Below the pieces are notes generated by a model. That model was not told where the DNA came from and did not search any database. It was given only the letters and a program-made list of their open reading frames with translations. Made by a program: the position numbers and the translations under genes. Shown here piece after piece: positions 17,815 through 36,294 of a stretch of 64,000 bases of DNA; the stretch's first letter is position 1; each line of letters starts with the position of its first letter. The stretch comes from the human T2T-CHM13v2.0 reference genome, Homo sapiens, in NCBI RefSeq assembly GCF_009914755.1, contig NC_060947.1, one strand, 5' to 3'.

Positions 17815-18960
17815 CGTTCATTTTCTTTAAAGCAATAATATACTTGGCCACAAAGAAAACCGTAACAAAATTTTGAAGAATTTTACAGTCTATATTTTCT
17901 CATAATTCAATAAAATTAGAACTAATTAATAAAAATTTGACCATGAAAATTTTAACCATTTAGAAATTTAAAAATATAATTCTTTTGCCCAAGAGGAAAT
18001 CAAAAGGAAAATTATTAACTATCTAAAGGTAATGAAGAAGAAAACTTCATACCAATGCTAATAGGGCACTGAGAGAGCTAAAACTCAAGATAAAAATTTG
18101 TGGCTTTAAATATCATTATGGTTTTAAAAAGATAAATTTTAAGAAAGAATTTCATTTTTATCTTAAGAAAGTAGAAAATAATTAGGAAGATAAAATTTTT
18201 AAAGCTAAAAGCTTAAATTAATAACACTACCAACAAAAACAGATACAAAATTCCTTGTAAAGTCTAATAAAATAAGCTCCTCTGATTAAATAGAAAAGAG
18301 AATGCAAAAGTTTACAACATTGGGAATAAAAGAGCTGACAGATGGAGGGGAGATTAAAATAATTATGATTGTGCAACCGTTTGGCAACAGCCTGTTTGAA
18401 AATCTAGAGGAAATGGATGATTTCCAAGTAAAATATAAATTACTATATACCGTCCAAGAAGAAGCAGAAAGATGCATAGACCAATTACCACATAAGTCTT
18501 TGAAAAGGTAGCTGAAGATCTACCAGTGCATCATGAGTTCACAGTTGAGCTATCTAACCCTTAAAGAATAGGTAATTTCAATTCTATGCCATAGAAAAAG
18601 GGAAGATCTCCAATTCAGTGTAGAAAGTGACATAACTTTAATATCAAAGCTGAATGAAGATGAACAAAGAAAGGAAGCTGCTAACTGGTCTCACGTATTC
18701 ATTATATTTGGCAGAATCCTACATAAAATATTAACAAATAAAATCCAAGAATATATTTTAAAAATTCATTGCTTGTACAGACTGCTTCTTTGATATTCGA
18801 GCATACTCTATGAAACCCTGCCTGAGATGATACATTTATAGTTTTATAATCTTAAGTATCTAGTAAAGATAATATAAGCTTGATTGACTAGTAAACCTAG
18901 GTATAAAAAATTGTATGCCTGTATTATATTTAATGTTGACAACTCTGAAGATATTCCAGT
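17230..18960 (+). mobile_element. Ancient L1M ORF2 (EN-linker) relic
   Basis: FENLEEMDDF resembles L1 [10 protein letters not shown]; heavily decayed. Confidence 0.7.
17771..17810. repeat. (AC)20 microsatellite
   Basis: Direct read. Confidence 0.97.
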
Positions 18961-19087
18961 TTTTATTTTACCGACAATCTTTCTTTTAAAAATGTGTCTT
19001 GAACATTTATTTATTTTTAATTGACAAAATTTATATATTTATGATTTACGTTGTACAACAGGTGTTTTAATATACATTGTGGAATGA

Positions 19088-19425
<338 letters not shown>

Positions 19426-19763
19426 TAAACCATTTTTTTTGTGGTGCGAACATGTAAAATCTACTTTCAGCAATTTTGAATATTCAATACACTCTTATTA
19501 ACTACAATCAATGTGTTGTACAATAGGCCTCCTGAACTTACTCCTCTGTCTAGCTGAAGTTTTGTATCCTTTGATCAACATCTCCCCAATCCCTTTTCTC
19601 CCCAGGCCTCACAGCCCCTGGTAACTACAATTCTACTCTCTGCTTCTATGAGTTCAACTTTTTTTAGATTCCACATATAAGTGATATCATACAGTACTTA
19701 TCTTTCTGTGTCTGGCTTATTTCACTTAGCATAATGTCCTCCAGTTTCATCTATGTTGTTGCA

Positions 19764-19946
19764 AATGTCCACTATCACTATTCTAGACCAGGCCACTTGA
19801 GACCTCTTGTTTGGATGACTTGAAAAGATTTCCTAACTGACTTCTTCACTCTATCTTACTTGCCCACTATTCATGTTCCATACTCCTCCCAGTCTAATCT
19901 TTCAAAAATGTAAACATGATCATGTTATAGCTTCAGTTCCCCACTG
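19764..19946. repeat. Inverted copy of 22671-22853
   Basis: 183 bp, ungapped, 18 mismatches by hand count (~90%). Confidence 0.92.
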
Positions 19947-20886
19947 AAAGGGAAGGATTTCCTTCTTTTTATAATGAAATAGTATTTAATTATGTGTATA
20001 CCACACTCTCTTTATCAGTTCATCCATTGATGGACACTTGGGTTGATTCTGTATCTTGACTATTGTGAATAGTGATGCAATGAACATGGCAGTGCAGAGA
20101 TCTCCTCAATATACTGATTTCGAGTCTTTTGGATATATACCCAGAAGTAGGATTGCTGGATCATATGGCAGTTCTATTCTTAGCTTTTTGAGGAAAACCA
20201 CAGTTTTCCATAATGGCTGTACTAATTTATATTCCCACCAACAGTATACAAACGTTCTCTTGTCTCCACATCCTTGCCAACACTTACCTTTCATCTTTTT
20301 GATAATAGCCATTCTGACAGATATGAGCTGATATCTTGTGGTTTTAATTTGCACTTCCCTAATGATAAGTGATGTTGAGCATTTTTTCATATATCTGTTG
20401 GTCATTTGTATGTCTTCGTCTGAAAAATGTCTATTCAGGTCCTTTGGCCATAATTGGGTTATCTCTTTTCTTGTTATTGAGTTGTCTGAGTTCCTTATGT
20501 ATTTTGAATATTAACCCCTCTTCAGATGTATGGCTTTCAGATATTTTCTCCCAATCCATAGGTTTTCTCTTACTCTTTTAATTGTTTCCTTTGCTGTGCA
20601 GAAGCTTTTTAGTCTGATTTAATTCTATTTGTTTATTTTAGCTTTTGTTGCCTGAGCTTTTGGGGTCAAATCCAAAAAATTGTTGCCCCAACTAATGTTA
20701 TATAGTTTTTCCTCTGTGTTTTATTCCAGTATTTTTACAATTTCAGGTTTTATGTTTAAGTCTTTAATGCATTTTGAGTTGATTTTTGTATATGGTGTGA
20801 GATAAGGGTTCGATTTCATTCTTCTGCATGTGAATATTACGTTTTCCCAGCACTGTTTATTGAAGAGACTGTTCTTTTCCCATTAG

Positions 20887-21010
20887 ATCTGACATGAAGT
20901 GGTGTCAGCCTTCAGAGATGGAAATTAATGATGGAATAAACTGGCAGTTGAATACCTTCACCTGCACATCAACCATATGGAATTCCATTGCTGCTCCTCT
21001 TCCCTACATG
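20887..21010 (+). pseudogene. PICALM-like exon H (NWQ motif)
   Basis: cattag|...|gtaaaa, 124 nt, phase 2-0, open; DMKWCQPSEMEINDGINWQ..TSTIWN vs PICALM DVNWSQPGEKKLTGGSNWQ..PTTAWN. Confidence 0.9.
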
Positions 21011-21469
21011 GTAAAATTTGTGCTGTATAATTACTCTAGTTTTTTGATATATATATATATAACATAGAAAAATTGTATTAAGGATGTAAGTAGAGGAAGA
21101 AGTGTTTTCTTTTTAATCATTTTTAATGTATTACACTAATACTCGTAAGTATATTAAACTATTTCATAAATTGAAATGTGAAAATTCACATTAGGATCTC
21201 TATAAGGCCTGCAGTTCTCTTCTCATCATAGAATCTACACTTCCACTATTTTGCTCTACTTTTATTGTGCACCTATTAGGTACCATGCACTGTGCTAAGT
21301 GGTAAAGACACAGAATCAAATAGGAACTAGGCTCTACTCTCAAGGAGCTACTGTAAGGGTAGATGAAATAAAGACATTGAATATTTTAAGTGCTAAGATG
21401 GAACACTTCAGAGGGTATATTGATTAATTTTACAAGTAAACTGAACATGAGGTAAAAGGAGATGAGGTG

Positions 21470-21650
21470 AATCTATTGTATATTTCAAAATAGCTAGAAA
21501 ATAATAATTTGAGTGGTTCTAAGATAAAGAAAAGACAAATATTTAAGGTGATGGATATCCCAATTACCCTGATTTGATCTTTACAAATTATATGAATGTG
21601 TTATCACATGTACCCCCGAAATATGTACATTTATTATGTATCAATAAAAA
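21470..21650 (+). mobile_element. Short L1MA 3' end
   Basis: L1MA 3'UTR; TSD AAAGGAGATGAGGT at 21455 and 21661. Confidence 0.8.
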
Positions 21651-21724
21651 TTTTTTTCAGAAAGGAGATGAGGTAAATTGATAGTCACCATGTAGCGGGA
21701 TTGATAAGGAACTAGAGAGACCAA

Positions 21725-22481
21725 TGGGGTTAGGAGGATATTTATTATTTAGGTGCACCAGCCCAGTTCGGATTAACATCCAAAGGACTGAGCCCTGAAC
21801 AAAGAGTTAAGTTACCTTTTAAGCATTTTGTGGGGTGGGGAGAGATCTGTGCAGGGGGAAGCATATTACAGAAGCAAGAAACAATGACAGTTATTCAATT
21901 AATTGAGACATGCTTTACATCATTTCTTACTTTTTAAGGAAAAACATGTTTTACGACTTGAGTTTATCTTTTTAATGACCTTGCAGCTGCACAGCTAGAG
22001 AAACAGGGTCTTCACAATGCCTGGGAAAGGAGGAGAGATAAGGCTCACTAGCCACAGAAAAACAGACAGTTAATTTTAAAGGACTCCAGCTCTTTCTCTT
22101 TCTCAGGGGGAATTGGGTTTTCTTACATACAACTGAGTTTCTGCTTACACATTCTTTAATTTCTTTTTTTTTTTTTTTGAGATGGAGTCTCGCTCTGTCG
22201 CCCAGGCTGGAATGCAGTGGTGTGATCTTGGCTCACTGCAACCTCCACCCCTCCAGGTTTAAGCAATTCTCTGCCTCAGCCTCCGGAGTAGCTGGGATTA
22301 CAGGTGTGTGCCACCATGCCTGGCTAATTTTTTGTATTTTTAGTAGAGACGGAGTTTCACCATCTTGGCCAGGCTGATCTTGAACTCCTGACCTCGTGAT
22401 CCACCCACCTTGGCCTCCCAAAGTGTTGATTACGGGCGTGAGCCACCGCGCCCGGCCAAATTTCTTTTAATTCCTGTTCCA
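21725..22481 (-). mobile_element. ERV1-class solo LTR (possibly LTR15-like) containing an Alu
   Basis: TG...CA termini, ACCA(A/G) TSD, tttatt polyA signal on -. Confidence 0.7.
22163..22457 (-). mobile_element. AluS
   Basis: Full dimer; TSD AATTTCTTTT. Confidence 0.92.
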
Positions 22482-22489
22482 ACCAGTTG

Positions 22490-22925
22490 ACAAATAGGGC
22501 AAGGGCATCACAAGCAGAGGGAGCAGAAAACTACATGGACTATTCAGAAAAATGTAAACAGCTTAACATGGCTGTAGCATAATATATGACAGATGCAATA
22601 AGAGATAAAGCTAGAGAGGTTAATAGAGGCCAGAACTCATAGGAACTTGTATAAGAGTTTATCTTATTGGCAGTGGGGAGCCAAAGCTATAACATGATCA
22701 TGTTTACATTTTTGAAAGATTAGTCTGGGAAGAGTATGGAAGATGGATAGTAGGCAAGTAAGACAGAGCGAAGAAGTCAATTAGAAAGTCTTTTCAAGTT
22801 ATCCAAGCAGGAGGTCTCAAGTGGCCTGGTCTAGAGTAGTGACAGTGGACATTGAAAGAAAGAGATTTCAGAGATACACAGATAGAATTAATAGGACTTG
22901 CTAATAGATTGAAAGTTGAAAGATA
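22490..22925 (-). mobile_element. L2 fragment
   Basis: tttacatttttgaaagattagtctgg is L2-type. Confidence 0.65.
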
Positions 22926-23253
22926 AGATCCCCTATACATTATATGCAATTTTAAAATTCAAAAAGTTCTGGACAACAAGTTTACTTACTTAGTTAAGGT
23001 TTGTGACAAACTCTTTTGGCTGCAAAATGTTATCTGAACTATAATGAGTCTATAGTCACTATTTATGATCTTGTTTGCATTTTGCTGCATAAATATTAAT
23101 GCATTTGATTATAGGGTACTATCCCATCCCCCCTGAGGTGTTACATCATATGTTTTATGTGCATTTTCTAAATTGTCTTTCTAATGTACAAAACATTGTG
23201 AATTTCAAAACACTTTTGATCCCAAGGATTTAAAATATAGGATTGTGGACCTG
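22925..23253 (+). mobile_element. MER46C-like Tigger MITE
   Basis: Ends ggattgtggacctg; core aaatattaatgcatttgattataggg. Confidence 0.65.
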
Positions 23254-23763
23254 TGCTATTTTTTGTATGATTTTGCTTTAAAACTTCCTTGTTTCATAGA
23301 TATAACAAACTGTACATTAACTTTTGAGTAGATAGTGACTTTTCTTTTTCTAATATCCAGCTGAGCTATATCTAGGAATGAAAATTTTGGTAGGGTTTGG
23401 GAAGAAGGAAGGAGTAACTTTGAAGCATACTGAGGAAAGTTGTGGCTGTGCTACTGCAATAGATTTGAAAACAAGGTAAGGCAATTTGAGGGAAATGGAT
23501 GCTTAGAAAATAGACACAGATGACTAAGAAATACTAGAAAAGGTACAGCAAAGAAAGGGGTTTGCAGTAAAGAAGATGAAATGTAGAAATAACATAAATA
23601 TTTAGTTTAAATTTATATGCATAGAGCTGTTCATAGTATTCCCTTATTTTCCTTTTAATCAATGTCTATGCAAACTGTAGTGATCTCTACTCTTTCATTT
23701 CTTGATATTGGTGATTTATGTCTTCTCTCTCTCTCTTTTTTTTTTTTGCCTTGCTTAGAGGAT

Positions 23764-24125
23764 TGATATGGTTTGGCTGTGTCTCCACATAAATCTCATC
23801 TTGAATTGTAGCTCCCATAATTCCCATGTGTTGTGAGAGGGACCTGGTGGGAGATAATTGCATCATGAGGGTGGTTCCCCCCATACTGTTCTCACAGTAG
23901 TAAATAAGTCTCATGAGATCTGATGATTTTATAAGAGGAAACTCCTTTCGCTTGGTTCACATTCTCTCTTATCTGCCTCTATGTAAGACGTGCCATTTGC
24001 CTTCCACCATGATTGTGAGGCCTCCCCAGCCACGTGGAACTGTGAGTCCATGAAACCTCTTTTTCTTTGTAAATTACCCAGTCTCGGGTATGTCTTTATC
24101 AGCAGCATGAGAACAGACTAATACA
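23764..24125 (+). mobile_element. THE1 solo LTR
   Basis: tgatatggtttggctgtgtc...cagactaataca; TSD AGGAT. Confidence 0.93.
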
Positions 24126-24406
24126 AGGATTATAAATTTTAGTTTCAGTGAATTTTCTCTATTGATTTTTTTGTTTTCAATTTCATCGATTTCTACTTTT
24201 TGTTGTTTCCTTTCTTCTGCTTGATCTGGGTTTGCTTTGCTCTTCTTTTTCTAGTTTCTTGGGGTGGAAATTTAGATTATCAAGTTGATATTTTTCTAAT
24301 ACAAGTGTTTAATTTTATAAAATTCCCTCTAAGCCCTGCTTTGATATAAACCAAACATTTTATTATGTTATATTTTCATTTTCACTCAGTCCAAAATATT
24401 TCCTAA

Positions 24407-24812
<406 letters not shown>

Positions 24813-25553
24813 TGATTTCTAGTTTAATTCATTTGTGGTCAGAGAGAATATTTTGTATGCTTTAAATTGTTTTAAATTGCTAAGTTTTGATTTATGACAC
24901 ATGAGATGGTCTGTTTTTGTGAACATTGTTGGGTGAAATGTTATGTATGTATGTAAACGTCAATTAGATCCTGTAGGTTGATTGCATTGTTCTGTATCTT
25001 TGCTGATTTCTGCAAAGTCCTTCTGTCTAGACATCAGAGTAGAGTATTAAGTTCCCAGTTATTGTGGATTTGTTCATTTCTCCTTTCAGTCTGGTCAGTT
25101 TTTGCTTCATATAATTTGAAGCTCTGTTATTTGGTGTATACACATTTAGGATTATTATGTATTCTTGGTGGATTGATCCTTTTACCAATAAGTAATGTTC
25201 CCCTTTATTCCTGGCAATTTTCTTTGCTCTGAAGTCTACTTTGATATTAATGTAACAGCTTTCTTTTGAATAGTGTTTGTGTATTATATCTTCTCTCCAT
25301 TCTTTTAGTTTTAAGCTGCCTATATCATTGTATTTGAAGTGAGTCTCTTGTCTATAGTGCAGAGTTGGATTATTTTTAAAATCCATTCTAACAACCTCTG
25401 TCTTTTATTTGGTGTATTTAGAGCAATTGCACTTAATTTCATTATTGATGTTTGTATTTAGGTCTACCATTTTATTATTTTCCGTTTATCCCCTCTATTT
25501 TTGTTGTTGTTCCTCTGTTTCCTCTTTCCTGCCTTCTGGGTTCTTTGAACATT

Positions 25554-25985
25554 TGTTTTGTCCCACAGGACCTGTGGCTGGAGTCACCTCAAAAGCAGGA
25601 GCAGAGGAGTTCCCACAATGGAGTGCCCCAAACTGTCCTGAGATGGGACTGTTTGGGATTCCAAAGACAGAAGCACTAAGTGCCAGGGTGATCAGTCCAA
25701 AGCATGGACTGGTATGTCTGCAGATACAGGGGCAGGGGATGGAGTTTTTATTAGGGTTTAACAAATTTGGCTCAGTCGTGGGGCCAGTTTTTTTTTTTTT
25801 TTCAGTGTTTTGGGTAACAACCTAGATGCCTTTATTAGCACCTGGGAATGTTCAAGGCCCCAGTTTTTGTTCAGGCCTCCTGGCAAAAACCTGGAGTGGG
25901 CTGGGTCACAAAGTGATCAAGTCACTCTGTGATTTTCTGTCAAGACTCGGAAAGAAAGTTGGGGGAACTGGGGAAGCCCACAACA
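25554..25985 (-). mobile_element. Old ERVL-class solo LTR, family uncertain
   Basis: GC-richer insert in L1M with TG...CA ends and ATTT repeat flanks. Confidence 0.5.
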
Positions 25986-26253
25986 ATTTTTAGTATCCCA
26001 TTTTAATTTATATATTGTGATTTGAATTATATCTTCGTGTAGTTTCCTTTAATGCTTAATCTGGCAATTACCAAACACATTTCACAGTGAGTTTAGAATC
26101 AATATTTGACCACTTCAGTTGGAATGTAGAAACATTAGCACCATATGGGTCCAGCTTACCTTCTTCCCTTTATGTTATAGTTGTCTATCGATTACATCTA
26201 CATACATCGAAAAACCATGCAGACAATCTTACACTTTTTGTTATCAACCATCA

Positions 26254-26736
<483 letters not shown>

Positions 26737-28791
26737 CTATGACTTCTCTTATTTTTCTTTCACTTGAGGATGGCTTTACTCCACCTTTATTCCTAAAGCA
26801 AATTTTCACTGGATATAGAATTCTGGATTGATAATTCTTTTCTTTCAGCACTTGAAAAATGTGCCACTTTATTCTGGCCTCTGTGGTTTCTGACGAAAAA
26901 TTTACAATCATTTAAATCATTGTTCTCCTATAGCCTATGTCATTTTTTTCTGGGGCTGATTTCAAGATGTTTTCCTTTGTCTCTCATTTTCAGAAGTTTG
27001 GTGATGATGTCTGGGCATGGGTTTTGGGGGAGCATATGCTGTTTGGAGTCTATTCAGCTTGATCCTTCATTTCTATGTCTTTTGCCACACTTGGGAATAA
27101 CTGGAAAATTTTCTGCTATTATGTCTTCAAATACTTTTTCAGCACTGCGCTTAGTCACTCCTTATTCTCAGACTCCAATAACACAAATACTAGATGTTTA
27201 GATGTTGTAACACTGGTCCCTGAAGCTCTGTTTGGTTCTTTCAAATCTTTTTTTCTGTCCTTCAGTATGAATGATTTCTACTGGTCTGTCTTTAAGTTCA
27301 CCGAATCTTTGCTCTGTCATCTCCATTCTGTTATTGAGTCCTTCCATGGAATATTTTAATTGTGTTATTGTATTTTTCAGTTCTAAACTTTCCATTTGGT
27401 TTTTCTCTGTATCTTCCATTTATTTGATAATGCTTTCTATTTTAACTTTTGTTGCAAGAGTGTTCATGATTGCTCATTCAATTATTTTTATAACAACCAC
27501 TTTAATGTCTTTGTCAGATAATTCCAATATCTGTGTCATCTCATCATTGGCATCTGTTGATTGTTTTTTCTATGCAAATTGAGATTTTTGTGGTTCTTCA
27601 TGTGCCAAGTAATTTTGGATTGCATCTTGTACATATTGACTGTTATTTTGTAAGACTCTATCTTTTATTAAATTTTATGGAAAATGTTGATATTTGTGTT
27701 TTAACAGGTGTTTCACCTGATTAGGTCTAAGCAGCTAGTTTTAGCTGCTTCTCTGGTCCCTGGTTCTAATGTCAGCTCAGTTTCCACAGCCTCTGTGCTG
27801 TTCTTCAGGTCTGTCCTGCATGTGCACTACTCAGTGGTCAGCTGTGGACCTGCACATTGGTTTCTTCACTGGTTTAGTAATCAGAGTCTTTGCTATGCTC
27901 AAGATTAAAACCACCCATGCATGGGGACAGTGGTAGTGAGCCAAGGAGTCATAAAGTTTCCCTTTGGTATTTTTCAGTTTCCTGGTCAGAAACCACCCAC
28001 TTCTGTGATAAAGACAAGTCAAGGTTTTGAGTGGTGGTAGGACAGAGACAGATTTATTAAAAAGCATTTTTTGTCCCTGCCCTTATGGAGCCATAGCTCC
28101 ACCTAATGGAAATGAATGTTTCCCTCCCTCAGATAGTTGGCTCTTGCAGAACAGTATTTGTCCTATTGTTTCTTTTACTCAGCATTATATCTTTAAGGTT
28201 TATCCATGTTGTAGCATGTATTAGAATTTCATTTTCAAAATTAATTAATTAAATTGACTATAATTGTATATATTTATGGAGTATGATGTGATGTTTTGAT
28301 GTATGTACACATTGTAGAAAGATTCAATCAAACTAATTAGCATATTCATCACTTCACCTTTTTAACCTTTTTTTTTTGCAGTGAGAACATTTAAAATATA
28401 TCCTTTTAGCAATTTTGGAGTATATAATACATTATTAACTATGTTCACCATGCAGTGCAGTAGAGCACTAAAACTTATTCCTCTTGTCTAACTCAAACTT
28501 TGTACCCTTTGACCAACATATCTCCTTTCCCCATCCCTCCCCACCCTTCATCTCTGGAAACTAACATTCTATGAGATTGACAAAATTTTAGATTCCACAT
28601 GGAAGTGAGATCATGAAGTGTTTGTCTTTCTGTGCCTGGCTTATTTAGCTTAACATGTCTTCCAGGTTCATCCAGGTTGTTGCAAATGACAAAATTTTGA
28701 GATAACGGTCCAATTTTATTCTTCCGCATGTGGATATCTAGTTTTCCCAGCACCATTTATTGAAAGCACTGTCCTTTCCCCATTGTATGTT

Positions 28792-29174
28792 TGTATTAGT
28801 CCATTTCCACAGTTCTGTAAAGAAATACCTGAGACTGGGTAATTTATAAAGATAAGAGGTTTAATTGGCTCATGGTTCTGCAGGCTGTACAGGTAGCATG
28901 GCTGGGGAGGCCTCAGGAAACTTATAATCATGGTGGAAGGAGAAGGGGAAGCAGGTACATCTTACATGGCCGGAGCCAGAGGAAGAAAGTGAGAGGGAGG
29001 TGCTACATACTTTTAAACAACCAGATCTCATGAGAATTCACTCACTATCATGAGAACAGCAAGAGGGAAATCCATCTCCATGATCCAGTCAGCTCCCACC
29101 AGGCCCTTCCTCTAACACTGGAGATTATAATTTGACATGAGATTTGAGTGGTGACACAAATCCAAACCACATCA
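28792..29174 (-). mobile_element. MST (MaLR) solo LTR
   Basis: tgtattagtccattt...ccaaaccacatca; TSD ATGTT. Confidence 0.88.
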
Positions 29175-29739
29175 ATGTTCTTGGCACCTTTGTTGAAAAT
29201 CAATTGACTGTAAATGCATAGTTTTATTTGTAGGCTTTTTATCCTGTTCCATTGGTCAATGTGTCTACTTCTATGCCAGTACCATAGCATAGAAGTTTTG
29301 ATTATCATAGCTTTATAATACAGTTTGAAATCAGACAGGGTGATGATTCCAGCTTTGTTCTTTTTGCACAAGATTGCTTTGGACATTTGAGTTTTAAACA
29401 ATGGTTCCATAATATATAACATTTGTTTATCCATTCATCTGTTGAAGAACATCTGGGTTGTTTCAACCTTTTGGCAATTGTGAATAATGCTGCCATGAAT
29501 ATTAGCGCACAAATACCTGTTTGAATCTTTCAATTCTTTTGATTCTATATCCTGAGGTGGAATTGCTGGATCATCTGGTAATTTCATATTTAATTTTTTG
29601 AGGAGCCACCATACCATTTATTACAGCAACTGTACCATTTTACATTTCCACCAGCAACATATGAAAGTTCAAATTTCTCCACACCCTCAATACTTGTTAT
29701 ATTCTGTGTTTTTTGGGAGTGGGTGATTTTGATGACAGC

Positions 29740-30128
29740 TATCTTAGTCAGTTTGAGCTGGTATAATAAGTTGCCATAGACTAGGTGGCTTAAACAAGAA
29801 AAATTTATTTCTCACAGGTCTAGAGGCTAGAAAATCCAATATTAAGGCACTAGTAGATTTATTGCCTGGTGAAGGTCCTCTTCTTGGTTTCCAGACTTCT
29901 TGCCGTACCCATCACGTGGCAGAAAGAGAGCAAGAGTGCTCTCTGTGGTCCTTTATATTCCACTCATGAGGGTCCCACTGTCATAACCTAATTACCTCCC
30001 AAAGGCCCCATCACCTATTACCTATTACCTATTACCATCAACTATTAATGTGATGGTAATCACATTAGGCGTTAGGATTTCAACATATGAATTTGGGGGA
30101 GTGGACAGGAATATTCAGTCCATAACAA
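29740..30128 (-). mobile_element. MLT1A-type solo LTR
   Basis: tcttagtcagtttgagctg...attcagtccataaca; A(C/T)AGC flanks. Confidence 0.8.
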
Positions 30129-30644
30129 TAGCCATACTAATGGGTGTGAAGTGGTATCTCATTGTGGTTTTAATTTGAATTGCCCTAATGATTAATGATG
30201 AGCATCTTTTCATGTGATTACTTGCCATTTGTATGTCTTCTTTGAAGAAACTTTTGTTCAAATCCTTTGGTCATTTTTTAATGTGGTTGCTTTGGTGTTG
30301 TTGACTTGCAGAAGTTCTTTATATATTTTGGATATTAACCCTATATCAGATATATAATTAGCAAATATTTTCTTTTATTTTATGAGTTACCTTTTGACTC
30401 TCTTAAAAGTGTCCTTTGATTATACAAAGGTTTTTAATTTTGATAAACTCCAATTTATCTATTTTTCCTTTTGTTGCCTATACTTTTGGTCTCAAATCCA
30501 AGAATTCATTGCCAAATCCAGTGTCATCAAAGTTTTCCCCTTTCTTTTCTTAGAAGATTTTTATAGTTTTAGTTCTTAAGGTTAGGTCTTTGATTAATTT
30601 TTAGTTAACTTTTGTCCCTGGTATGAGGTAAGGGCCCAAATTAT

Positions 30645-34413
<3,769 letters not shown>

Positions 34414-34900
34414 TTTTAATTGATATTATCAAATGTTTTTCCCCTCATTCTATTAATGTGGTGTATTGCATCGATCGAGTTTTGTATATTGACTCATCAT
34501 TGCATTCCAGGAAGAAATCCCACTTGGTCATGGTGTATAATCCTTTTCATAAACTGCTGGATTCGGTTTGCTGGTGTTTTGTTGAGGATTTTTGCATTAA
34601 TATTCATAAAGAATATTGCTCTACAGTTTTCTTCTATTGTCTTTGGCTTTGGTATCAGAATATAGCAGCTTCATAGAATAAGTTAGGACGTGTTTTCTAC
34701 GCTTCAATTTTTTGGAAGACTTTGAGAAGATTTGGTATTAATTTTTCTTTTGATGTTTGTTAGAATTCGACAAACATCAATTTCAATATTCATCTGGTCC
34801 CGGGCTTTTCTCTTTGGGAAGTTTTTGATTACTGATTCAACCTCTTTACTAATTATAGATCTATTCAGATTTTCTATTTCTTCATGAGTCAGTATCTTGT
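34414..34900 (-). mobile_element. Old L1M ORF2 fragment
   Basis: THEEIENLNRSI peptide (34704-34916). Confidence 0.75.
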
Positions 34901-35243
34901 TTATTTTTTTAATCACTACAAATTAGGCGTAAGTATCATTGTTTTATATAGTCAGTGTTTGTTTAGATTTAAACACATTGTTTACCATTTTCTTTCTCAT
35001 AATTCCTTCTTCTATCTTAGACCTTCTGTATGGGATCACCTGAAGTACATCCTTAAAATTTCCACTGGTAAGAGTGTATTGTTGGTCAACTCAATTTTCA
35101 TTTGTCAAATTTCAATTTTCATTTGGTATACTCTTTTAGTTTGACAGTTATTTTCTCTTAGTACTCTGAAGATATCATTCTACTATATTCTGGCTTCTAC
35201 CACCACCATTGATAAAACAACTTTCAGTCTAATTATATTAGCC

Positions 35244-35748
35244 GTGTAAGCAGAATAATGCCCGCCACCCGGAAGTCAACGTCCTAATCCATGGAATCTG
35301 TGAATATGCTTGGTTACATGGCAAAGGGACCTTGAGGTTGCAGGTGGAATTAAGTTTGCTAATCAAATGACTTTAAAATCGGGAGATTATCCTGGTGGGC
35401 CCAATATAATCACAAAATTCCTTAAAAGTGAAAGAGGGCGGCAAGAGGGACATAAAAAGAGATGTGATAATGGAAGCAAGATTAATGCTACAGTTGCTGA
35501 CTTTGAAGATAGAGCAAGGGGGACACAAACCAAGGGATGTTGGTGACCTCCAGAAGCTGGAAGGAACAAATAAACTGATTCTCCCCTGGAGCTTCTAGAA
35601 GGAATGAAGCCCTGCCAATACCTTGGTTTTAGCCCAATGAGATTCATGTCAGACTTCTGAACTCCAGAACTGTAAGCAAATACATTTGTATCATTTAAGC
35701 CCATAAGTTTCAAGTAATTTGTTATAGCAGCAGTGGTAAACTAATATA
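35244..35748 (+). mobile_element. MLT1C/D solo LTR
   Basis: cagaataatgccc...gtcctaatcc...gttatagcagcagtggtaaactaatat. Confidence 0.82.
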
Positions 35749-36294
35749 GTGATTCTGAATTTTTTTGCTGTCTTTAAGGTTTTGCCTTTTTAATAAGTAG
35801 TTTTACCTTGATATTTCTACAGGTAGATTGGTTCATTGATAGATTGATTGACTGATTTAACTTGCTTAAAATTTATTGGGGCTTCTGGAATCTGAGAATT
35901 ATGATTTTTCTCAGTTCTAAAAATTCTTAGCTGTTATACCTGTAAATATTGGCTTTCTTCCTTGCCCTCTAGTGTCTTCACTGGCAAGCCAATTAGACTT
36001 CTTTTATATCTTTTCACCCTCCTTTTTATCTCTTAAGACCTCTCTCCTGTATTCTCTCTTTATCTCTATGTGCTTCATTTTGGATATTATCTCCAAATTT
36101 ATATTCTACTTTATGAATTCTGTCTGCATCTATGTCTAATTTGCAATTTAGCCCATCCATTGAAGGTTTGTGTTCTTGTAATTCAATCCTTCTGTTAAAG
36201 TTTTAATTTCATTAGTTATGCTTTTAATTTCCAAGAATATATTCTTATGATCTGTTCTTTTTCATAACATCCTGTTCACTTTCATAATAACCTT

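Larger units (their letters stand above)
28150..30644 (-). mobile_element. Stacked L1MA/L1MB 3' fragments
   Basis: ORFs 29048-29617 are L1 ORF2 C-terminal peptides. Confidence 0.75.
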
